A stretch of DNA of 32,000 nucleotides from Polynucleobacter meluiroseus (GTDB taxonomy: Bacteria; Pseudomonadota; Gammaproteobacteria; Burkholderiales; Burkholderiaceae): NCBI GenBank assembly GCA_945881875.1, contig CAMCVH010000006.1, positions 34,500-66,499 on the forward strand, read 5' to 3'. Every line of letters begins with the position of its first letter. Position 1 is the first letter of the stretch. The notes beneath the pieces were generated by a model. It searched no databases. It saw nothing but the letters and a program-made list of their open reading frames with translations, and was not told the DNA's origin. The position numbers and the translations under genes are program-made. Below, in pieces: positions 20,393 to 26,930 of the stretch.

Positions 20393-21064
20393 ATGGCAAG
20401 TATTCTTGTAGTGGATGATGAAATGGGTATTCGGGAGTTGCTCAATGAAATATTGACCGATGAGGGGCACACTGTTGTTGCTGCTCAAAATGCCCATGAA
20501 GCCAGAAATGCCAGAAATGCTTTAGAGCCAGATTTGGTGCTATTAGATATTTGGATGCCAGAGACAGATGGCGTAACACTTTTAAAAGAGTGGTCCAGTA
20601 ATGGGCAGTTAACTATGCCTGTGGTGATGATGTCAGGTCACGCTACGATTGATACTGCTGTTGAAGCAACCAGAATTGGCGCTGTTAATTTTTTAGAAAA
20701 GCCCATCGCATTACAAAAACTTCTTAAGACGGTTGAGCATGCTTTAATAAATGCGCCGCCGAAGGAAAGCTTTCAAGTAGAGAAGAGAGTTGAAATAACA
20801 ACAGTGACCGATACTGTCATCCAATTAGATGGCGATCAGTTAACTCAATCAGTTATTGACTCAACAAGGTTTAATTTCTCGTATATTGAATTGCCACTTC
20901 GTGAAGCAAGAGATCTTTTTGAAAAAGCGTATTTTGAATTTCACTTAGAGCAAAATGGTGGCAGTATGACAAGAGTTTCTGAAAAAACAGGTCTTGAGAG
21001 AACGCATCTTTATCGGAAATTAAAAGCCTTAGGGATTGACGTCGGATCTTACAAAGGCGATTGA
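20393..21064 (+). CDS. Response regulator, receiver domain plus Fis-type HTH (NtrX-like but without the AAA+ sigma-54 module)
   Basis: 223 aa with the receiver motifs ILVVDDE...LLDIWMP...MSGH and a C-terminal HTH (MTRVSEKTGLERTHLYRKLKALGI). Confidence 0.85.
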   Translation: MASILVVDDEMGIRELLNEILTDEGHTVVAAQNAHEARNARNALEPDLVLLDIWMPETDGVTLLKEWSSNGQLTMPVVMMSGHATIDTAVEATRIGAVNFLEKPIALQKLLKTVEHALINAPPKESFQVEKRVEITTVTDTVIQLDGDQLTQSVIDSTRFNFSYIELPLREARDLFEKAYFEFHLEQNGGSMTRVSEKTGLERTHLYRKLKALGIDVGSYKGD

Positions 21065-21095
21065 GGAGGGCTTTTTCTTAAACCGTAGTATCTCT

Positions 21096-21389
21096 TTAAG
21101 TAACAACTGAAAATAACGTGAGTTTCATCGCTTTAGCTCTAACCTGCAGAAGTGCTTGATATTCCGGACTATTGGCCCATCGATCAGCGGCACCCTCACT
21201 CTGAAATTCAATTTCAACAAAACCATTAAACTCTTCACAGTTGAGTTGATTCCAATAGGTTTCAGATCTAATCCCTCTAGTGAGCACTTTCCCATCATAA
21301 AGTTCAATGGTTTGAGAAACCTGGCCGCGATACTCTTCAAAAGCTAGCTCATCTTGAACTTTAATTAACCCAATTACCTTGATTGACAT
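21096..21389 (-). CDS. Small DUF1330-like protein
   Basis: A 97-aa ORF with ordinary core-like composition. The family name is from memory of similar ~95-aa proteins (YEEYRGQV...W...Y..L...R) and is not verified. Confidence 0.5.
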   Translation of the reverse strand: MSIKVIGLIKVQDELAFEEYRGQVSQTIELYDGKVLTRGIRSETYWNQLNCEEFNGFVEIEFQSEGAADRWANSPEYQALLQVRAKAMKLTLFSVVT

Positions 21390-21492
21390 GAGTGCCTCCC
21401 ATTTGCGTCATAAGCCTATTAGCCCAGTCTATAAGCCTTTGTTTGGTCTAACAAGGTCTTTGTAGCAATTATTTAGAAGTTTGAACATTACT

Positions 21493-21520
21493 TTGCCGAC
21501 CCTTGAAGTTAAGCTATAAT
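21493..21520 (+). promoter_or_regulatory. Sigma-70-type promoter for the tRNA-Phe gene
   Basis: TTGCCG (21493-98), a 16-nt spacer, then TATAAT (21515-20). The first tRNA base follows 13 nt after the -10 element. Confidence 0.55.
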
Positions 21521-21533
21521 CACCTTCTTATTT

Positions 21534-21571
21534 GGCCTGGTAGCTCAGTCGGTAGAGCAGAGGATTGAAAA
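21534..21571 (+). tRNA. tRNA-Phe(GAA), 5' part only (acceptor 5' strand, D arm, anticodon 5' stem and loop); truncated or split gene
   Basis: The sequence GGCCTGG TA GCTC AGTCGGTA GAGC A GAGGA TTGAAAA is canonical bacterial tRNA-Phe through position 38. The following bases (CATCCTGTGCGACGGCGTAAACCC...) give no anticodon 3' stem in register, no GTTCGA T-loop and no CCAGGCC acceptor strand. Confidence 0.75.
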
Positions 21572-21816
21572 CATCCTGTGCGACGGCGTAAACCCAATGT
21601 TTATATAGCTTTGCGGGCGATTGCCAAAACGGTATGTGACACACTGTGTTACACAGTAATCAAAAAAATATTCAACAGCAAAAAACTTTTTAATAAACGT
21701 GGAAGACAGCGCGGAGAAATTTATTTCGTGTGGTGTGTTTGTAAAGTGTAAAAAGTATTTCAACTATGCCGACAAGTTATTTCAAAACTTATTTTTAATT
21801 TCCACTAATTCGGCAT

Positions 21817-21873
21817 AGACCATACGATTTTGAATCAAAAGACGAGTTTTTGATTGTCGTTTAAAACGACTTC
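21817..21873 (-). pseudogene. Possible remnant of a second integrase gene related to the one at 30753-32000
   Basis: TTGTCGTTTAAAACGAC at 21854-21870 is identical to 31033-31049, which lies inside the intact integrase gene. Similarity is looser on the low-coordinate side (ccat...tttgaat). The minus-strand translation EVVLNDNQKLVF*FK compares with DVVLNDKHDVYLFKFK in the integrase and is interrupted by a stop. Confidence 0.3.
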
Positions 21874-22010
21874 ACGTTGTGGGGTCAAAAATCAAGTGGG
21901 GTTGGGAAAAAGTAGTTAAGCGTGAATTTTTTGTGCGCTTAGTTTTTGCAGTTGCTGAGTAAGTTTAATGAAGTAAAATATGAACTTACGTAGTTAATTA
22001 AAAGTTCTTA

Positions 22011-22892
22011 ATGAATATCAAAGCAATTTTCTGTAAAAATTTAATCAAAGCATTAATTGCCACATTAATGCTCAGCACTTCAACCATAGCTTTATCGGCA
22101 AACTATGGCAATCTCAAATTAAGATCAGATGTTGCATTAATTGTTAATTCAGATACGGGCGAGGTTCTTTATCAGAAAAATAGTGAGCGTCAAGCTTCCA
22201 TTGCTTCAATTACAAAATTAATGTCTGCATTAGTAGTCTTAGATTCAGAACAAAATTTAGAAGAAAAGATAACAATACAAAAAGAAGATATTGCTTATCA
22301 ATCAACAGCAAGAAAAAAGTTAAGAGTCGGAACACAAATAACACGTGAAGAAGCACTCTTACTTGGTTTGATGGCATCAGAAAACAGAGTTATGAATTCA
22401 CTTGCAAGAACATATCCCGGCGGTAAGTCAGCATTCGTCTCAGCTATGAATAAAAAAGCAAAATCTTTGGGTATGGAAGACACTCATTACAAAGACCCAA
22501 CGGGCTTATCATATGAAAACAAGTCTTCAGCGAAAGACTTAGTAATTTTAATGAATGAAGCTTCTAAAAATGATTTGATTAGAGAATTTTCCACAACAAA
22601 ATCATATAAAATTGATACTGCTAAGAAAAAGATTTTCAGACAATCTTTTGTTAATACCAATCCAATTGTTCGTGCAAGCCGAATGCAAGTATTGCTTCAG
22701 AAAACAGGTTTTATAAGGGCTGCAGGTAGATGCTTGGTATTGCAAGCAAGAATTAGCGGAAAGAATATTTCAATGGTATTTTTAAATGCTAAAGGCAAGA
22801 ATGGAAGATTCTTAGATGCACTAACAGCGAATAAGTTTGTTAAAAAAATATTAAGCTCAAATAAAAAGCCACCCGTAGGTGGCATTCATTAA
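22011..22892 (+). CDS. pbpG: D-alanyl-D-alanine endopeptidase (PBP7/PbpG-like, S11 family)
   Basis: 293 aa with a signal peptide, SxxK (SIASITKLM), SxN (ASENRV) and KTG (LQKTGFI). Confidence 0.85.
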   Translation: MNIKAIFCKNLIKALIATLMLSTSTIALSANYGNLKLRSDVALIVNSDTGEVLYQKNSERQASIASITKLMSALVVLDSEQNLEEKITIQKEDIAYQSTARKKLRVGTQITREEALLLGLMASENRVMNSLARTYPGGKSAFVSAMNKKAKSLGMEDTHYKDPTGLSYENKSSAKDLVILMNEASKNDLIREFSTTKSYKIDTAKKKIFRQSFVNTNPIVRASRMQVLLQKTGFIRAAGRCLVLQARISGKNISMVFLNAKGKNGRFLDALTANKFVKKILSSNKKPPVGGIH

Positions 22893-23381
22893 TTAGCGAT
22901 AGACAATATCTGCTCTTCTATTCTCTTTCCAAGCTTCCTCGTTGCTACCTTTTGCTTTTGGCTTTTCTTTACCAAAGCTAATAGCTTCAAGTTGATTATC
23001 TTTAACACCTAAAATGCTAAGCGCTTTTCTAACTGCTTCGGATCTTTTTTGACCTAAGGCTAAGTTATATTCAGTTGTGCCACGCTCATCTGTATTACCT
23101 TGTATAGAAACTCGTGCTTTTTTATCTTGATTATCGCGTAAATATTTTGCGTGAGCTTCAATTAAAGATTGAAATTCTGGTTTGATTTTATAGCTATCAA
23201 AATCAAAATAGATACTGCGCTTTCCATAAACAATAGTTTTTGGATCATTAATAGGGTCGTAGCTCATACCTTGTGATGTAACATCAACTGAAGCAACCTT
23301 ATTAGAGTCAGAAGTAGTGCTACACGCACCAATTACTGCCGCAAAAGACATTACAAAAAGAAATTTAAGATACTTGGACAT
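22893..23381 (-). CDS. Pal-like peptidoglycan-associated lipoprotein (OmpA C-terminal domain)
   Basis: 162 aa with the lipobox VIGAC and the OmpA-like motif GNTDERGTTEYNLALGQKRSEAVRKAL. Its stop codon abuts the pbpG-like stop with no spacer. Confidence 0.8.
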   Translation of the reverse strand: MSKYLKFLFVMSFAAVIGACSTTSDSNKVASVDVTSQGMSYDPINDPKTIVYGKRSIYFDFDSYKIKPEFQSLIEAHAKYLRDNQDKKARVSIQGNTDERGTTEYNLALGQKRSEAVRKALSILGVKDNQLEAISFGKEKPKAKGSNEEAWKENRRADIVYR

Positions 23382-23489
23382 ATTTGGCTTTCTAAATTAA
23401 GTGGTTAATAAATTATTTTTCGCAAGTATAAGACTTATTGAGAAAAAAAATCAAAATGCATAAAGTTTTAGAAAGTCATAATTTAATCT

Positions 23490-23654
23490 TTAACCACTAA
23501 TCTTTTGCAGTTGCTGATTAGCTCGCTGCTTCTTTTGATTATCACGTTCTCGCTTAAGTGCCATACGAGCATTATCTGCATTACGCTTAAGCGCAGCGAT
23601 ACGAGATTGTTCGGGTGTTAAGGGTTTAAGTGGTTTAAATTCAAAAAAGCGCAT
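23490..23654 (-). CDS. Unlisted small ORF, 54 aa, highly basic and probably helical
   Basis: My translation is MRFFEFKPLKPLTPEQSRIAALKRNADNARMALKRERDNQKKQRANQQLQKISG*. It is the only sizeable ORF in the 318-bp gap and lies co-directional with, and downstream of, the 146-aa gene. There is no clear Shine-Dalgarno sequence. Confidence 0.3.
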   Translation of the reverse strand: MRFFEFKPLKPLTPEQSRIAALKRNADNARMALKRERDNQKKQRANQQLQKISG

Positions 23655-23679
23655 ACAGCTATTTAAGCCATATGCGCAG

Positions 23680-23696
23680 AGTGTTACTTAAGTAAT
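23680..23696. repeat. Left inverted repeat (AGTGTTACTTAAGTAAT) with a 12-bp palindromic core TTACTTAAGTAA
   Basis: Matches the reverse complement of 25113-25129 at 16 of 17 positions. It ends 3 nt before the stop codon (23700-23702) of the 146-aa gene. Confidence 0.5.
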
Positions 23697-23699
23697 GAT

Positions 23700-24140
23700 T
23701 CACTTACCAAATGCTTTGCGTGTAGCAGAGCTTACTTCTGTAATAGCTTCGTCTAATTCGCCATCCATTACAGCGAGCTTAAGTGACTTAAGCGTATTAA
23801 CAAGCTCGTCACCATTAGTGCATTCAATTGCATTTGCACCTTTTTTATTAAGTGGCAATGTCTTTGCACCATAACGCACACTCAAATTGATTTTGCCGTT
23901 ATCGCCAATCCAAAACCATTCTTTAACTCGCTTAACTGCTTCAACAGTCATACGCTCGCCCGTTTGCTTGTTTGTATAAGTCTTCAAACGTTTAGGCGTA
24001 TACGTCTGTCCATTACGCTGAGCTTCGCACAACTCAATTTGCTCGTGTAGCTTAGCAATCAGCTTATTGCGTCTATGTACGATTGGGGATGCTGTTAAGT
24101 GTTTCTTTGCAGTTACAAGCTTTAATCCATTTAATGTCAT
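23700..24140 (-). CDS. Hypothetical protein (146 aa), island-borne
   Basis: A clean ORF with GGAG 6 nt upstream of the ATG. I can name no catalytic motif. It vaguely resembles small conserved proteins seen on proteobacterial islands (recollection only). Confidence 0.65.
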   Translation of the reverse strand: MTLNGLKLVTAKKHLTASPIVHRRNKLIAKLHEQIELCEAQRNGQTYTPKRLKTYTNKQTGERMTVEAVKRVKEWFWIGDNGKINLSVRYGAKTLPLNKKGANAIECTNGDELVNTLKSLKLAVMDGELDEAITEVSSATRKAFGK

Positions 24141-24284
24141 TTCAAACTCCGTTGTTGTTAGTGGAGTTAATACATTATTGTCAGAACAAGCTAATTCCTA
24201 CCGATATTTGCCACACACAACCTATTCAAATATATGGATAGATAAGAAATTTATTGGTTTTATTTGATTTCGCTAAATACTTTT

Positions 24285-24809
24285 ATGAAAGTAAGCGCAG
24301 AAACAATTAGAAACTTCTTAAACCAACAGCAAAAACACGTCACACACTACATAGTGGCACACAGCTATTACTTTGCATATCACAAGCAAGCAAAAGATAT
24401 TGAGGCAATGACTTTTAATTTACGAAAAGATTTAAGGCACGCACGCAACTGTTTTAACAAAGAGCTTTATGGAAATGGCGCAAAAAGAAAACCTCTATTA
24501 CTACAACCATTGTTAATACCGACACTTGAAGGCACTAAAGAAATTGCAAACCCTAAAATTTCAATTCACTACAACATCTATTTAGGCAATCTACCAAAAT
24601 CACTCACTACAGAAGATATAAAAACACTTTGGACTTACTGTTGGCATACAAAAGCAAATCAATCAAACAACATCTACATCACAGAACCGTTAGTTAACAC
24701 TCAATCATATCTAATCAATTACGGCACAAAAGAAGCACAGTTTGGCAATACAGATTGTTGGGATTTTGAAAACACTCAAATTCCATACAGCGCACTAAAC
24801 ATTGACTGA
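24285..24809 (+). CDS. Hypothetical protein (about 174 aa; the ORF track opens at TTG 24264)
   Basis: An ORF divergent from the 146-aa gene. The first ATG is at 24285 (MKVSAETIRNF...). There is no clear RBS for either start. Confidence 0.55.
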   Translation: MKVSAETIRNFLNQQQKHVTHYIVAHSYYFAYHKQAKDIEAMTFNLRKDLRHARNCFNKELYGNGAKRKPLLLQPLLIPTLEGTKEIANPKISIHYNIYLGNLPKSLTTEDIKTLWTYCWHTKANQSNNIYITEPLVNTQSYLINYGTKEAQFGNTDCWDFENTQIPYSALNID

Positions 24810-24829
24810 AGTTATGTTTGGTTTATTAG

Positions 24830-24853
24830 CTAAGCATCAGACGCGGTGCTTAG
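24830..24853 (+). terminator. Possible hairpin terminator after the 181-aa ORF
   Basis: CTAAGCA (24830-36) pairs with TGCTTAG (24847-53), followed by TTAT. The T tract is weak. Confidence 0.35.
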
Positions 24854-25112
24854 TTATATGACTACGCTTAAAAATTATGAAAGCAGTACTTCAACAACAC
24901 TTCAAATCATTCTTATAAGCACGTAAAGAACTAAGCTGAATATCAACACAGCTAAAACATCAAAAAACAGCGTGTAGGGCTTATACGCAAGTCTTTGCAA
25001 AACAGTGGCACTTAAGCTACAGATTACTTAAATACAAATATAAGCTTTTCTGCAAATCCTTACATATTGGAAGTGTTCGCACGTAACCAATTGATTTATG
25101 GAAAGAAAAAGT

Positions 25113-25129
25113 ATTACTTAAGTAGCACT
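25113..25129. repeat. Right inverted repeat (ATTACTTAAGTAGCACT), immediately upstream of the small recombinase gene
   Basis: It is the reverse complement of the left repeat with one mismatch. A related copy ATTACTTAAATA lies at 25023-25034, and GCACTTAAGC at 25008-25017. Confidence 0.5.
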
Positions 25130-25146
25130 TAAAAGAGGTAGGAATT

Positions 25147-25779
25147 TTGAAAATAAGAAAACATACTAATGACATAGAAAACATTACATATGAGGTAGAA
25201 GCTATGTCAAAACAAGCAAAAACATTAACAGCGGAAGAGTTACGCAGAGTTTTAGATTACACAGCTACACGCAAGCACAGCGTGCGTAATCGCGCATTAG
25301 TGCTTACAAGTTTTTATAGTGGATGCAGAGTAGGTGAAATCAGCAGTTTGCTTTACGCAGACGTTGTAGACGCAGAGGGCAATGTGCGCAGCGAAGTGGT
25401 ACTACGTGCAGAAAATACAAAAACTAAAGAGGCTCGTACTGTATTTGTTAATGCAAAGCTAAAGAAAGAGCTACAAAGCTATATCAGCGGTTACAGGCCG
25501 ACTAATCCAAATGCTAAATTGTTTTACAGTCAAAAATCAAACAGTAATGGCTATAACGCTAATACGCTCACACAGTTCTTCCACTATCTATATAAACGTG
25601 CAGGCATATATGGTGCAAGCTCACACAGTGGACGTCGTACATTCATTACAAACTTAGCTAATAAGGGAATCAGTGTGAGATTGTTAGCAAGCTTAGCGGG
25701 ACATAGAAATATCAGCACCACACAATGCTACATAGATGTTAACGACGATATGAAGCGTAAAGCAGTTGAATTAGCTTAA
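25147..25779 (+). CDS. Small tyrosine recombinase, catalytic domain only (FimB/FimE-sized)
   Basis: Carries the catalytic residues in order: R (SGCRVGEIS), K (TKTKEAR), HxxR (SHSGRRTF), H (LAGHRN) and Y (TTQCYID). There is no N-terminal SAM-like core-binding domain. Both the TTG at 25147 (AGAGG upstream) and the ATG at 25204 (GAGG upstream) are plausible starts. Confidence 0.85.
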   Translation: MKIRKHTNDIENITYEVEAMSKQAKTLTAEELRRVLDYTATRKHSVRNRALVLTSFYSGCRVGEISSLLYADVVDAEGNVRSEVVLRAENTKTKEARTVFVNAKLKKELQSYISGYRPTNPNAKLFYSQKSNSNGYNANTLTQFFHYLYKRAGIYGASSHSGRRTFITNLANKGISVRLLASLAGHRNISTTQCYIDVNDDMKRKAVELA

Positions 25780-26111
25780 AGAGAAAGATTGGCAACAATT
25801 TGTCCGCTGTAATTCTTTTTAAATTGGCATTTAGATAAATCAACCAAAATCTTAATGCCTCTTGTTTTAAGTCTTCTATCAAACCATCTGCAAAATACTT
25901 CAACTCGCACAAAGCCACTTTTTGGAAAATCTACAGCTTCTGAATCGGCAAGTAGAAATGCGCCACTAAATTCAGCACTTCTGTACATTGCATTCTTTAC
26001 TACGATACAAGCTTTATTTTCAACAGTTTTATAAACGGTTGGTTTGGCTAATTGACTTGTATTTGGGGTTAGCTCTTTATCAAATATTTCGGCGTCGTAG
26101 TAATACTTCAT
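25776..26111 (-). CDS. Hypothetical protein (111 aa)
   Basis: An ORF with GGAG 6 nt upstream of the ATG. It has a 4-nt convergent overlap with the recombinase gene. No motif was recognised. Confidence 0.55.
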   Translation of the reverse strand: MKYYYDAEIFDKELTPNTSQLAKPTVYKTVENKACIVVKNAMYRSAEFSGAFLLADSEAVDFPKSGFVRVEVFCRWFDRRLKTRGIKILVDLSKCQFKKNYSGQIVANLSL

Positions 26112-26143
26112 AAGTTCTCCATAATTGTTATAGATATCGTAAC

Positions 26144-26167
26144 AAAAAAGCCCACATAGTGTGGGCT
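26144..26167 (-). terminator. Rho-independent terminator after the AAA+ ATPase gene
   Basis: The minus strand reads AGCCCAC-ACTAT-GTGGGCT followed by TTTTTT. Confidence 0.65.
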
Positions 26168-26192
26168 TTGTAATCTAAGTCTTTTAAAACGA

Positions 26193-26867
26193 CTAAGCAA
26201 CTTTGCGCTGATTCTTAACAATCAATCGCTTAAGTGAACTCATTATTTTTCTTATGTCACCATTGCACAAATCAACAATCTCAACTAAGTCACTGTTAGC
26301 TACATTAGTAACACCAAAGTCTGACAGTATTGACTGACACCTTACCAACCATCTTACAGCCTCTGCTTTATTAAACTCTAAACAAATACTTCTACTTAAA
26401 ACTCCTCTATCTAATGCAGATAGATTGTTTGTAGTCATAATGAAGATACAGTTATTTGTGTTTACATTCATTGCGTTTTTTAAAGATAGCATTGTCTCTT
26501 TACGCAAATTATCAACCTCGTCTAATACGAAGTAGTGATAACGATATGGAATACACATTAATGAAGCTTGCGTTTTAATTGATTCAATAACGCTTGCGCC
26601 ATTGTCGCCACCAACTGAAATATTAAAGAAGCGAGCATTAGCTGATTCCCCACCTCTGCTTTGTTCAATTAAGTTTGGCAGTATTTTTGATAACGCTGAT
26701 TTGCCTGTTCCATTTATGCCATAAAGCACAATGCCATTAATCCCACTACTCGGAAATCCAATTGCACTACTAACGCAATCTTCTATTTGCTCTTTAATAG
26801 AGTCGTTTAAAAAGACAATGTCAGCTAATGATTTGGGTGTGTACTTAGTATCAAAATCTTCAAACAT
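26193..26867 (-). CDS. Clamp-loader (RFC / T4 gp44)-like AAA+ ATPase, short form without a collar domain
   Basis: Has an RFC box II-like N-terminus (TKYTPKSLADIVF), Walker A (GINGTGKS), Walker B (YFVLDEVDN), sensor 1 (IMTTNN) and an SRC-like motif (VLSRS). It is 224 aa, against ~320 for gp44/RFC small subunits. GGAGA serves as the RBS. Confidence 0.8.
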   Translation of the reverse strand: MFEDFDTKYTPKSLADIVFLNDSIKEQIEDCVSSAIGFPSSGINGIVLYGINGTGKSALSKILPNLIEQSRGGESANARFFNISVGGDNGASVIESIKTQASLMCIPYRYHYFVLDEVDNLRKETMLSLKNAMNVNTNNCIFIMTTNNLSALDRGVLSRSICLEFNKAEAVRWLVRCQSILSDFGVTNVANSDLVEIVDLCNGDIRKIMSSLKRLIVKNQRKVA

Positions 26868-26930
26868 AACTAATCTCCATAAAAATAGGGCAAAGCCTAA
26901 ACATAGACTTTGCCCATTCCGTTTAAAAAA

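Noticed and set aside
5755-21347. Other embedded or antisense track ORFs in the core: 5755-5961, 9015-9200, 9928-10167, 10771-10980, 11262-11546, 12047-12268, 14025-14297, 17583-17783, 18140-18601, 19133-19444, 19930-20238, 21125-21340, 21156-21347
   Set aside because: These are shadow ORFs of well-supported genes on the opposite strand or in another frame.
21534-21609. A complete 76-nt tRNA-Phe, or a tRNA with a group I intron in the anticodon loop
   Set aside because: An alternative AGGAT/ATCCT stem needs an extra base at position 26 and gives a non-canonical loop (TGAAAAC). There is no T arm or acceptor 3' strand. No 3' exon (TCCTC...GTTCGA...CCAGGCC) is visible within the next 10 kb, so an ordinary 200-1000-nt intron is not supported.
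21545-21763. 72-aa minus-strand ORF in the track that overlaps the tRNA stump
   Set aside because: It runs antisense through the tRNA fragment, has odd composition and no RBS. I tested it as a possible integrase C-terminus (FSALSSTF against YSLRHTYAT), but the resemblance is too weak to claim.
24285-24809. The 181-aa ORF as a YagK/YfjJ (inovirus Gp2-like) or HUH-type replication protein
   Set aside because: The layout ...FNKELYGNGAKRKP...LIPTLEG...IHYNIYLG is only reminiscent of those families. The expected HxH/HUH motif is not intact (HYN), and I cannot run a profile search, so it stays hypothetical.
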